IMG/VR virus record: IMGVR_UViG_3300016476_000882
Span: 1 to 41,655 of that record
Source of the DNA: a virus
Lineage: Duplodnaviria > Caudoviricetes
Reading direction: 5' to 3' (one strand)
DNA length: 41,655 nt
The position numbers and the translations under genes were made by a program. Shown in pieces: positions 27,846-36,665 of the stretch; position 1 is the first letter of the stretch, and every line of letters begins with the position of its first letter. Below the pieces are notes generated by a model. That model did no database searches and was not told where the DNA came from. It saw only the letters and a list, made by a program, of their open reading frames with translations.

Positions 27846-28354
27846 TGAAAAAGTATTTACCATATCTTATTCCAATTGCTATACTAGGTGGTATAGTTTT
27901 TTTTGCTTTCAGAAAATCTGATAAGCCCGATATTACTACAAATGGTGGTGACGAATCGGGCGATTCTGAAAAACAAAAGGTAGTAATACCCGAAGTTGAT
28001 TCCATAATGAAATTATCACCATCGGAAGCAACCAAAGTAATTAAAAACAAGAAAATACTTACTAAAACATCAACTACTAATTTAAGAACTCAACCTTTTG
28101 TAAACGATGGGTTTATTAATAACTTATTTGATTTTGTTGAAGGAGAGGGAAAATTATTAGGTGAAGCAGTTGAAGTAGTAGTTGATTCGGGTTCTATGAT
28201 GAACCCAAATACTAAAAGACCTTACAAATGGGTTAAGTTTAAGTTAGATAAAAATTTATACGATGAACTTCAGAGTAAAAAATCTTTCTTAACACGAAAT
28301 ACTTCATTTATACAATATTATCCTTGGGTAAGAGAAGATGTAATTAAATTTTAA
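27845..28354 (+). CDS. Membrane-anchored protein with SH3b-like domain
   Basis: N-terminal TM; TNLRTQP...W.K...WVREDVI pattern. Confidence 0.5.
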   Translation: MKKYLPYLIPIAILGGIVFFAFRKSDKPDITTNGGDESGDSEKQKVVIPEVDSIMKLSPSEATKVIKNKKILTKTSTTNLRTQPFVNDGFINNLFDFVEGEGKLLGEAVEVVVDSGSMMNPNTKRPYKWVKFKLDKNLYDELQSKKSFLTRNTSFIQYYPWVREDVIKF

Positions 28355-28356
28355 AA

Positions 28357-28776
28357 ATGAAAAAGAACACTAAAATAATACTTTCCGTCTTAGGAGTAGG
28401 TGTAGTTATCACCGCTATTGTTTTAATAGTTAAAAAGAAAAAGGACGAAGAACTTAAAAAGAAACTTTTAGGAGCGGGTAATACTGAAGAAGATATTTTA
28501 AATAAGGATTTAGAATCTTACGATAAATATTTTTCAACTTCTTTTAATCCAATTGAGTTAGCCAAAACAGATGCTACATTCAAATCTAAAGTTGAAACTT
28601 TACAAACTAAACTTAACGAAACTATCAAGGCAAAGAAAATAAATTTGCCCGAATTAAAAGTTGATGGTCAACTAGGTAGAAGAACTATGAGAGCAATTGT
28701 TTTTGTTTTCGGAGATAGATTATTACCTTTAAAGTACGCATCACAAATTGATTATTACATAAGCCAACTTAAATAA
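28357..28776 (+). CDS. Membrane-anchored peptidoglycan-binding-domain protein
   Basis: N-terminal TM; VETLQTKLN...LKVDGQLGRRTMRAI (PG_binding_1 signature). Confidence 0.65.
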   Translation: MKKNTKIILSVLGVGVVITAIVLIVKKKKDEELKKKLLGAGNTEEDILNKDLESYDKYFSTSFNPIELAKTDATFKSKVETLQTKLNETIKAKKINLPELKVDGQLGRRTMRAIVFVFGDRLLPLKYASQIDYYISQLK

Positions 28777-28777
28777 A

Positions 28778-29314
28778 ATGGAAATAGACGTTTTTTTCAA
28801 AAATGACGATATGTCTTTCGGATTTACGGGGGAGAAAAGCCCTCGTACTGATGAATATAGTTTTTCCGACAAAGTGGAATTTGGATTCCCCGATGTTGAT
28901 TATTCGTATGCTGATGGCTCTAAACAGAGTGAGGCTTATGGATGGTCAATTGGAGGATTGAAGGAAGACGATAAATCTAATTGTGATGTTTTAAAATCTA
29001 CCATTGCAGCAATTGAAGATGCAATTTCGGCTGACAAAAAAGCGATGGTTGGGGCTAAAAAAGACAAAAAAGCACAATTACAAGCATATATTGATGGTCG
29101 TACACGCGCTTTGAATGAAGTAAAAGCCTTGTATGAAAAGTCTCAATGCGAATTAAAATTTGCTCAAAAAGCAGAGGAAGATTTTCAATCACAATTAAAC
29201 AAAATTCTAGGGGCTAAAAGCGATAGCAAAGTAGGTACTTATGTGCTTATTGGTGGTATCGTAGTTGCAGTTGGGGTTTTAGGTTTCTTTATTTATAGGA
29301 GATACAAAAAATGA
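28778..29314 (+). CDS. Coiled-coil protein with C-terminal membrane anchor
   Basis: YSYADG motif; C-terminal TM + RRYKK. Confidence 0.7.
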   Translation: MEIDVFFKNDDMSFGFTGEKSPRTDEYSFSDKVEFGFPDVDYSYADGSKQSEAYGWSIGGLKEDDKSNCDVLKSTIAAIEDAISADKKAMVGAKKDKKAQLQAYIDGRTRALNEVKALYEKSQCELKFAQKAEEDFQSQLNKILGAKSDSKVGTYVLIGGIVVAVGVLGFFIYRRYKK

Positions 29315-30063
29315 AAATGACTTGGGCAAATGCCGATGGATTTCAAGTAGCATCAAGAGATAATCTTATGATGTTGGAAACCGATAATTTTTTAGGTGCT
29401 GATGGAGATGCTACTTTAGGAGATTTTAAGCAAAGAGAAAAAGATGCGACTAAAATTTTAAGAAGGGCTTTTGATAGTCAAGATAAAAAATGGGATGCAT
29501 TTACAACTCCTTATGGGTCTCAAATTGATGCGGCTAGGAATAGTTATAAAAATGCTTTTCCTTTTAACATTAAAATGAGTTTGGACGAACTTTTGAGTAT
29601 TAGGAAACAATTTGATGCAGACAAGATTACTTGGCAAAATCAAAAAGACCAAGAAAGAGGTTCTGTTAGTGCTAAGTCTTTGGGTGCGGGAGTTTTTAGT
29701 GCTGCTTTGCCAACTTTAGTTTTGAATAAAAATGAAGTTGAAATTTTCAGACGTTCTTCAAAAGCAAGGGCAAATATTGAGGCTTTAAATCAATTGAGCA
29801 AAGAACTTGACAACGTAATTAAGTTGAAAGAAGAACAAGTGAAAGCAGAAGCAGAAAAGAAATTAGCCGAAGAAAAAAAGAAAGCGGCTATTGAAGAAGC
29901 GAAAAAAGCCCCGTCTACGGGTTCACCAATAGGGTCTTCTACTTCGGGTACTTCTGATGGTATTCTTGATTTTGGCACTTCCAAATCAAATAAAACATTA
30001 ATGTATGTTGGTATTGGAGTTGCAATACTAGTTGTTGGATATTTCGTAACTAGGAAAAATTAA
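29311..30063 (+). CDS. Helical protein with C-terminal membrane anchor
   Basis: WANADG and FLGADG at the N-terminus; C-terminal TM. Confidence 0.7.
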   Translation: MKMTWANADGFQVASRDNLMMLETDNFLGADGDATLGDFKQREKDATKILRRAFDSQDKKWDAFTTPYGSQIDAARNSYKNAFPFNIKMSLDELLSIRKQFDADKITWQNQKDQERGSVSAKSLGAGVFSAALPTLVLNKNEVEIFRRSSKARANIEALNQLSKELDNVIKLKEEQVKAEAEKKLAEEKKKAAIEEAKKAPSTGSPIGSSTSGTSDGILDFGTSKSNKTLMYVGIGVAILVVGYFVTRKN

Positions 30064-30064
30064 T

Positions 30065-30331
30065 ATGAGAGATAACTTTTTTTATGCTGATGGCAATGAG
30101 AATATTGGGTTGAAACTTGAAGCCGATGTTGCTCAAGCAAAAACTTTTGGTTTAAAATTCAAAGAAACTTTCTCATCCGAAGTTGAATCTAGTATAGATG
30201 AAGTTCGTGGTAGAGTTGAGCGTTTAAATTCTAAAGAGCCCGTTGTTTTAGGAGTTCCTAACTCAATAGTTTATTATTTCTTAGCAGCGGGTGCTTTATA
30301 TGTAGGTTACAGATTATTATTTGGAGAATGA
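30065..30331 (+). CDS. Small C-anchored membrane protein
   Basis: FFYADG at the N-terminus; C-terminal TM. Confidence 0.7.
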   Translation: MRDNFFYADGNENIGLKLEADVAQAKTFGLKFKETFSSEVESSIDEVRGRVERLNSKEPVVLGVPNSIVYYFLAAGALYVGYRLLFGE

Positions 30332-30831
30332 AAGCAAACAAAATCCTATTGATTACGGGGGCTACACTTGCGGGTGCGGCTATTGCTCGTTATGTATATC
30401 GTAACGTATTGTTAGCCAATGAATGGGACTTTAATGTTATTGGATTTAGAATCAATAAACTTTTACCAACCGCTGAAGGAGTGGTTACTTTGGAGTTTAT
30501 TAATAAATCAAACTTCAGTGCAACAATAAAGGACATAGATATTTTGGCTTTTACAAGTGGAGTTAAGTTAGGTTCAATAATGGAAGCCAAAGAAACTACG
30601 ATTGCGCCAAATGCTAAATCCCCTATTTCATTCACTATCAATTTCGACCCTAAGAGTTTAATCAGTGGGTGGAGAACAATCGCTGCAAATGCTTTAACAT
30701 TGAAAGATATACCGATGGATTTTGTAGGAAACTTCAAAATAAAAACTATGTTCGGATGGACAAAAGTTCCCGTTAGGTATAGTACAAGCGGAAAAGAGTT
30801 AAAATCTCTTTACGATGAATACTATGCTTAG
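30328..30831 (+). CDS. LEA_2/WHy-like beta-sandwich protein with N-terminal anchor
   Basis: LEFINKSNFSATIKDI...LG...IAPNAKS.ISF pattern. Confidence 0.55.
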   Translation: MKANKILLITGATLAGAAIARYVYRNVLLANEWDFNVIGFRINKLLPTAEGVVTLEFINKSNFSATIKDIDILAFTSGVKLGSIMEAKETTIAPNAKSPISFTINFDPKSLISGWRTIAANALTLKDIPMDFVGNFKIKTMFGWTKVPVRYSTSGKELKSLYDEYYA

Positions 30832-30833
30832 TG

Positions 30834-30841
30834 TATATTTG
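30834..30841 (+). promoter_or_regulatory. Bacteroidota-type -7 promoter box (TATATTTG)
   Basis: TAnnTTTG in the intergenic gap before 30860. Confidence 0.5.
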
Positions 30842-30859
30842 TACAAATGTTAAAATATT

Positions 30860-31270
30860 ATGATAGGTGAAATGTTTGGCGAGAAAATCGCAAAAGACTT
30901 CGCAAAAGGAGTTGCTAACTTCGCGAAAGAATTAGGTGTTTCTGAAAAAGATGTTCAAATCAGATTGACTTTTGGGGATAGTGAAGAAGCCCCAATTAAT
31001 TATCAATTATGTAACTCTTGGAAAATCGTTCGTAACACGCATTACAAGGAAATTATGTGTCTTAAACTAGATATTATAGGGCAAGAGGGAATGGTTGTAC
31101 CATACATTTATAAGAGTATGGCAAACAATACAACCAACTTGCAAATAGACCCTAATGCATTTAGCGCATTTCTCTATAAGCGAGAGGACAATAAAGTAGG
31201 TGTGGCTATTTTTGATGGCTCACAACACAAAAAGATTACTACCATAAACGAACTCCTTTCGGAAGGTTAA
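30860..31270 (+). CDS. Hypothetical protein
   Basis: 136-aa ORF downstream of a promoter box. Confidence 0.7.
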   Translation: MIGEMFGEKIAKDFAKGVANFAKELGVSEKDVQIRLTFGDSEEAPINYQLCNSWKIVRNTHYKEIMCLKLDIIGQEGMVVPYIYKSMANNTTNLQIDPNAFSAFLYKREDNKVGVAIFDGSQHKKITTINELLSEG

Positions 31271-31322
31271 TTTTTTTATATTTATGATTTTTACTAAATT
31301 GCACACTTTAAATGTGTAATAT

Positions 31323-32198
31323 ATGAATATAATTTTTCAAATAGATGGCGGTTTGGGCAAGTGTATCATTGCCACCGCAATTTGCCAAACTATCAAGGTT
31401 CAACATCCCGAAGCAAAACTTATTGTTGTTAGTGGATACCCCGAAGTTTTTTTAAACAATCCTTACGTTGATAGGTCATTCGGATTCGGTAACATTCAAT
31501 ATTTTTATGAGGAATATATTCACAATAAACCTTGCAAAGTACACGCTCACAATCCCTATTTTGAGATTGCCCATATTCAAAAAAGCGAACATATCCTTAA
31601 AACTTGGGCGAAACTTAATGGGTATCAATACAACGGGGAATATCCCCAAATATACCTTACCCAACGCGAGATGGAATTATATTCCCAAAAGTTCGTCTCG
31701 GATAAGCCGTTGATGGTGATTCAGACAAACGGGGGTGCACCAAATCAAGAAAATAAATATTCGTGGGCTAGAGATATTCCACAACAAACGGCTCAAAAGG
31801 TTGTAGACCATTTTGCCGAAAAATACTTGGTTTGTCATTTGCGTAGGGAAGACCAAACCGCATTAAATAACACTGTTGTTGTTTCTGATAACTTCCGTGC
31901 TATGTGCGTTTTACTAATGATGGCTCAAAAGCGTCTTTTGATTGATTCATTTGCTAACCACGCTTGTGCTGCTTTACAACTTCCATCAGTGGTTTGTTGG
32001 ATTGCCAATGCCGAAGGCGTATTCGGTTACGATACACACATCAATATTCAAGCGAAAGATTGGACTAAAAAACCCGAATTGCGTAATGCGTATTTAGGTA
32101 TGTTTAATATCACGGGAGACCCATTAGAAATGCCTTATAATAGTTCTAATGATATATTCGATGCGGAAACTATAATCGAGGCTTTAGAAAAGATTTAA
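31323..32198 (+). CDS. GT9-like (heptosyltransferase-fold) glycosyltransferase
   Basis: GGLGK.I.AT, PEVF.NNPYVD, IDS..NH..AAL..PSVV.W. Confidence 0.75.
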   Translation: MNIIFQIDGGLGKCIIATAICQTIKVQHPEAKLIVVSGYPEVFLNNPYVDRSFGFGNIQYFYEEYIHNKPCKVHAHNPYFEIAHIQKSEHILKTWAKLNGYQYNGEYPQIYLTQREMELYSQKFVSDKPLMVIQTNGGAPNQENKYSWARDIPQQTAQKVVDHFAEKYLVCHLRREDQTALNNTVVVSDNFRAMCVLLMMAQKRLLIDSFANHACAALQLPSVVCWIANAEGVFGYDTHINIQAKDWTKKPELRNAYLGMFNITGDPLEMPYNSSNDIFDAETIIEALEKI

Positions 32199-32201
32199 TG
32201 T

Positions 32202-33023
32202 ATGGTAGATAAAATATTTTTCAATTCGAGTTTGCCTCGTAGCGGTAGCACTTTGTTGCAAAACATTATGGCTCAGAATCCCGACTTTTATGTTACTCCC
32301 ACTAGTGGAGTATTTGAGTTGTTGTATGCTGCCCAAGCCAATTATAGGAATAGCCCCGAATTTAAAGCCCAAGATTCAGAAACTATGGAAAAGGGGTGGA
32401 AAGGCTTTTGCCACGATGGTATGTTTGGCTTTTTCAATGCTATTACCGACAAGAAGTTTGTAATGGAAAAAAGCCGTGCTTACGGAATACATAGAGACTT
32501 TTTAAATTTCTTTTATCCCGAACCAAAGATTATTTGTATGGTTCGAGATTTGAGAGATGTGTATTGCTCTATGGAAAAGAATTTCCGTAAGAATCAGCAT
32601 TTAGGAAACAATATGGTAGACCACGCTCAATTAATTGGTACTAGTACTCCAAAACGTATTGATGTTTGGGCAAACGGACAACCCGTTGGTATGGCTATCG
32701 AGAGACTTTCTGAAATTATGCGACAAGGGTATGATTCAAAAATACTTTTTGTAAAGTTTGAGGACTTATGTATTAATCCCGATACTGAAATGCATCGTAT
32801 TTATGAGTATTTGGGATTACCATATTTCAAACACGATTGGGACAACATTGAACAAATAACCCAAGAGGACGATAGCCAATATGGAATTTTTGGAGACCAC
32901 GCTATACGTACTAGATTAGAAGTTGTTCCTAGCACCGCTAAACAAGTTTTAGGGCGCGATGTTACTGATTGGATTTGGAATACTTACAAGTGGTTTTTTG
33001 ATTATTTTAGATATACAAAATGA
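32202..33023 (+). CDS. PAPS-dependent sulfotransferase
   Basis: 5'-PSB loop SLPRSGSTLL, 3'-PB motif VRDLRDVYCS, FEDL...P. Confidence 0.88.
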   Translation: MVDKIFFNSSLPRSGSTLLQNIMAQNPDFYVTPTSGVFELLYAAQANYRNSPEFKAQDSETMEKGWKGFCHDGMFGFFNAITDKKFVMEKSRAYGIHRDFLNFFYPEPKIICMVRDLRDVYCSMEKNFRKNQHLGNNMVDHAQLIGTSTPKRIDVWANGQPVGMAIERLSEIMRQGYDSKILFVKFEDLCINPDTEMHRIYEYLGLPYFKHDWDNIEQITQEDDSQYGIFGDHAIRTRLEVVPSTAKQVLGRDVTDWIWNTYKWFFDYFRYTK

Positions 33024-33442
33024 TAAACTTAAATGATAACAAAGTAGTTTTAGTTAGGAATAACGAAAACTATCCCGAAAACTCCGATAAGAAATATATT
33101 TTCATCATCGGTCAAATTGCTCAACACGAAGAAAATGAAAATTTACAAGAAGTTGTAAATGCTGAAGTCTATTTAGTAGATGCTATCAATAGCGATGGTG
33201 CAGTAGTTTTGACTTGGAGCGGTTTAAGCGCAAATGGTCTATACAAACATCATTTTTTATTCGTAGGAAAATCTTTTGATGTTGTAGAAAATGAAAATGC
33301 AGTTATTGGTATTGTATCAAACCAAGAAGTTGAGGAAACTCCCGAAACGGAAAAAGTTTCCGAAGTAGAAGAAACTCCCGAAACCGAAGAAGTTCGTGAA
33401 GAGCCTCAAGCGGATATGGAGGTAATTAAAGATAAAGAGTAA
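33020..33442 (+). CDS. Hypothetical protein with acidic repeat tail
   Basis: EVEETPETE occurs twice. Confidence 0.65.
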   Translation: MINLNDNKVVLVRNNENYPENSDKKYIFIIGQIAQHEENENLQEVVNAEVYLVDAINSDGAVVLTWSGLSANGLYKHHFLFVGKSFDVVENENAVIGIVSNQEVEETPETEKVSEVEETPETEEVREEPQADMEVIKDKE

Positions 33443-33909
33443 TGATAATAGTTTTCTTTGGACAACCCCATAGTGGAAAATCAACTTTGAGTAAGTTGTT
33501 GTTTGGACACCTTAAATCAAAGGCAAATAAACCATCAGCACATTTTATTGACAACGATAAATTTCGGTTGTTGTTTAAAGACCAAGACTATTCTAGGGAG
33601 GGGCGATTGAGAAACCTTAAACGTGCTAGTGAAATGGCATATTATGAGTGCTCACTCAATCGCTACGTCCTAATTTCTTTTGTATTTCCTTATGCTGAAG
33701 CGAGGCAATACATTGAATCTTTAGGTAAACAAGTAAAGTGGATTTACCTTACCTACGATGTAAAAGAAAAGAGGGGTAGAGAGGCGTTTCATTGCGTTGA
33801 TTTTGAAGAACCAACGGAGATAGCCCAAGAAAATATTTTATCAGTGAATACTTCCGAATTTACCGAAACGGAATGTTTACAAAAGATTGTTGACTTTTTG
33901 AAATTGTAA
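33442..33909 (+). CDS. cysC: Adenylylsulfate (APS) kinase-like P-loop kinase
   Basis: GQPHSGKSTL, D.D..R, DYSREGR.RN, FEEP. Confidence 0.7.
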   Translation: MIIVFFGQPHSGKSTLSKLLFGHLKSKANKPSAHFIDNDKFRLLFKDQDYSREGRLRNLKRASEMAYYECSLNRYVLISFVFPYAEARQYIESLGKQVKWIYLTYDVKEKRGREAFHCVDFEEPTEIAQENILSVNTSEFTETECLQKIVDFLKL

Positions 33910-33929
33910 TAAATGTAAAATGTAAAAAT

Positions 33930-34292
33930 ATGGAAAAGAAAAAATATGCAATGTATGTAGGTCGTTGGCAAGTATGGCATAGTGGTCATCGTTGGCTAAT
34001 AGACCAAAAGTTAAATCAAGGTATTCCCGTACTTATTGCGGTTCGTGATGTTGAAAAAGACGAAAAGAACCCTTATAGTGCGGAAGAAGTTCGTTTGAAC
34101 ATTATGAAACAACTATACCCATTAACCAATGAAGGTATGGTTAAAGTAATTATTATTCCCGATATAGAGAGTTTCAACTATGGTCGAGATGTAGGATATG
34201 AGGTAATAGAACATATTCCACCATCAGAAATTGCTGAAATTAGCGGGACTAAAATTCGCGAACAACTGAAGAATGAAAAGGGCAATTTATAA
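33930..34292 (+). CDS. HxGH nucleotidyltransferase (cytidylyltransferase-like; possible minimal ATP sulfurylase)
   Basis: GRWQVWHSGH, NPY, ISGTKIR. Confidence 0.75.
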   Translation: MEKKKYAMYVGRWQVWHSGHRWLIDQKLNQGIPVLIAVRDVEKDEKNPYSAEEVRLNIMKQLYPLTNEGMVKVIIIPDIESFNYGRDVGYEVIEHIPPSEIAEISGTKIREQLKNEKGNL

Positions 34293-34458
34293 GACTATTA
34301 CTTATAGATTAGTTGGCTCACTTTCCACATTTTTTATTGCTTATTTCACTACTAACAGAATTGATGTTGGTATTTATATGAGCGTAACTGATTTGCTTTG
34401 GAAGCCAATTCTATATTTTGGTCACGAAATTATTTGGTCTAAGTTACGTCTAAAGTAG
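34273..34458 (+). CDS. DUF2061-like small membrane protein
   Basis: KTITYR..S..TF.IAY...K.ILYF.HE..W. Confidence 0.7.
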   Translation: MKRAIYKTITYRLVGSLSTFFIAYFTTNRIDVGIYMSVTDLLWKPILYFGHEIIWSKLRLK

Positions 34459-34486
34459 AATAATTTCTTATTAGTTGTTAATTCGG

Positions 34487-34494
34487 TAAATTTG
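34487..34494 (+). promoter_or_regulatory. Bacteroidota-type -7 promoter box (TAAATTTG)
   Basis: TAnnTTTG in the intergenic gap before 34513. Confidence 0.5.
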
Positions 34495-34512
34495 CATATA
34501 CCTTTAAAGTAG

Positions 34513-34758
34513 ATGCAAAAAGAAATTGCTTTAACAACTACATCCCTTTGGACTTGGTTTTTACGAATCATAATGGGGATAGTTTCTTTCCTTGTTATAT
34601 CATTATATCAAGATATAAAATCATTGATGCAAGATATAAACGATTTAAAAGTTATGGTTGCTGAAACTAAAAAAGACATCGAATACCTTAAAGGTGATTA
34701 CGTTGATTTCCGTGGAGAAACCAAAACTAGACTTGTAAAATTGGAGGAACGAAAATGA
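34513..34758 (+). CDS. Single-TM coiled-coil protein (holin-like)
   Basis: TM plus heptads ending RLVKLE. Confidence 0.6.
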   Translation: MQKEIALTTTSLWTWFLRIIMGIVSFLVISLYQDIKSLMQDINDLKVMVAETKKDIEYLKGDYVDFRGETKTRLVKLEERK

Positions 34759-35057
34759 TAGACCCCGTAACACTTGCGGCACTTACGAAAACTATTTCAG
34801 ACACCGCGGTAGGTGTATATAGTGCTAAACAACAATCGAAACTTCAAGCCGATTTGGCTTTGTTGAATGCGGAAGAACAAAAGAAGTTGCAACAACAACT
34901 TTTAGCCGCTCAAGATAAGCAATCAAAATTGGCTTTGATTGAAAATGCAATAAAATCTAAGCAACGCTCAGAAAACTTACCAATTTATATTGGTATAGGA
35001 TTACTAGTAGTTGGAGTAGGTGTTGCATTATTCTTCGTATTGAAAAAGAAAAAATAA
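34755..35057 (+). CDS. C-anchored membrane protein
   Basis: Gln-rich helix, TM + KKKK. Confidence 0.7.
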   Translation: MIDPVTLAALTKTISDTAVGVYSAKQQSKLQADLALLNAEEQKKLQQQLLAAQDKQSKLALIENAIKSKQRSENLPIYIGIGLLVVGVGVALFFVLKKKK

Positions 35058-35058
35058 T

Positions 35059-35370
35059 ATGAATAAAGACTTAAAGGACGGATTAATTATTCTCGGTATT
35101 GTTGTATTAGGGGTTATAGTTTTATTGCCTCGTAAGAAAGGTATTGCCGCTCCTAAAGAAGCCGAATCTTCAAAAGTCAAGCAAAAAGAAAACGCTCGTA
35201 TTATTTTGGATGCTTACTTAGATGCAGTTGATGCAAAAGAAAGCCCATCCAACTTGAACAAACTTAATGCGATGTTCGTTGAGGAATACAAAATGAAAGT
35301 AGTTCGCACAAAAGACGGAAAATACGTTGCTCGTACTTTAAGTGGCGAAGATGTTTTGATGGTTAAATAA
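35059..35370 (+). CDS. N-anchored membrane protein
   Basis: N-terminal TM. Confidence 0.7.
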   Translation: MNKDLKDGLIILGIVVLGVIVLLPRKKGIAAPKEAESSKVKQKENARIILDAYLDAVDAKESPSNLNKLNAMFVEEYKMKVVRTKDGKYVARTLSGEDVLMVK

Positions 35371-35816
35371 TGCCAAGTATAGCACCAATAATAACTATTA
35401 ATAGTTCTCCCGTAGTCGAGGTTAGGGGAGCAAGTGGTATTTCTTATGACGAAATAAACGCATCAATAGGTCTTAACTACGATTATTTGTTATACAACAT
35501 TTATCAATCTACTTCTAATATTTCTCAATTACTACAACCCGTCCGATTGCGTAAATTCAACAAGTTTGGTGACAAAAATGAAGTGAATTTACAAATGATA
35601 GTAGACCCATATCAAAGTACTGCTTCATTAAATCAATCTATGTTTGGTTACGACTATGCGTTTGATTCAAACAACGCATTTTTCGCTAATATAGAGGCAA
35701 ATACATCAGTCGGATACAGAATTGAAGTCGAAGAACAAACGGCTCAATCAATGTTTAATGGAAACACTACAATCAATGAGATAGAGTTCTTCAAAGATTA
35801 TATTAGTGATTTTTAA
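35370..35816 (+). CDS. Paralog of the candidate capsid protein (minor capsid/vertex candidate)
   Basis: Shares QLL-x11-G-x11-DPYQ and downstream Y.Y..D...I.A.TSV with 22634..23329. Confidence 0.65.
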   Translation: MPSIAPIITINSSPVVEVRGASGISYDEINASIGLNYDYLLYNIYQSTSNISQLLQPVRLRKFNKFGDKNEVNLQMIVDPYQSTASLNQSMFGYDYAFDSNNAFFANIEANTSVGYRIEVEEQTAQSMFNGNTTINEIEFFKDYISDF

Positions 35817-35819
35817 CTT

Positions 35820-36302
35820 ATGGAAAATTGGAAACAAATTAAAGAATTCCCTAATTACGAAATTTCAGATTTAGGTAAAGTTAGATATAATTCTAATGGA
35901 AGAATAAAAATTAGGAAATTATTAAAAACTTCAAATGGCTATTTAAAAGTCAATTTGAGTCATAATAAAATTATCAAAACTAAATCTGTCCATAAATTAG
36001 TAGCAGTTCATTTTTTAGGAGATTGTTCTGAAGGGATACAAGTCAATCACATTGATGGGGATAAAAATAATAATTGTTTATCAAATTTAGAATATGTAAC
36101 TCAGTTTGAAAATGCACAACACGCTTGGAAAACGGGATTGTGTGGAGATAATATTAGATATTTTCTTGCACGTTGTGTGGTTGATAAGCAAACGGGCATT
36201 TTTTACGATTCGATAAAAGATGCTTGTTTTTATACAAATAAAAGTTACGTAAGAGAAAAATACTACCAACATAGGAAAAAACACTTATGTAATTTCATTT
36301 AA
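35820..36302 (+). CDS. NUMOD4-HNH homing endonuclease
   Basis: ENWKQI..FPNYEISDLGKVR (NUMOD4); VHKLVA..F, VNHIDGDKNNN...NLEY...EN..H. Confidence 0.9.
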   Translation: MENWKQIKEFPNYEISDLGKVRYNSNGRIKIRKLLKTSNGYLKVNLSHNKIIKTKSVHKLVAVHFLGDCSEGIQVNHIDGDKNNNCLSNLEYVTQFENAQHAWKTGLCGDNIRYFLARCVVDKQTGIFYDSIKDACFYTNKSYVREKYYQHRKKHLCNFI

Positions 36303-36311
36303 AATATATAT

Positions 36312-36319
36312 TATATTTG
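36312..36319 (+). promoter_or_regulatory. Bacteroidota-type -7 promoter box (TATATTTG)
   Basis: TAnnTTTG upstream of 36346. Confidence 0.5.
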
Positions 36320-36345
36320 AACTTAAACTTTAATTTATAAAAAAA

Positions 36346-36657
36346 ATGGCAATCAAAATCAACAAACCCCTTACCACTTCGGAAGGTTTTACTGTAAATG
36401 AAACATTTGGATTCTTAGGTATTTATTTACTTGGAGATTCGTGGACTAATATTGCTTACTTTAAAAGCGAAGCCGATTATTTAGCGGGTAAACAATCGTT
36501 AAATATTCCCGAACTACCATCACGTTGTGGTTTAGCATTAGATGCTCAAGAGTTTTGGAGCACTGATTTAATGGCAAATATCCACAATCAATGTATCACT
36601 CAAATTGAGGCGGTTACGGGTGCGGGGACTTGCTCTATTGTAACTTTAGAACCTTAA
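36346..36657 (+). CDS. Hypothetical protein (spike module)
   Basis: 103-aa ORF with A-rich start. Confidence 0.7.
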   Translation: MAIKINKPLTTSEGFTVNETFGFLGIYLLGDSWTNIAYFKSEADYLAGKQSLNIPELPSRCGLALDAQEFWSTDLMANIHNQCITQIEAVTGAGTCSIVTLEP

Positions 36658-36665
36658 TCCTTACT

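Noticed and set aside
31468-31713. Alternative-frame + strand ORF inside the GT9 gene
   Set aside because: Fully nested, TTG start, no recognisable features.
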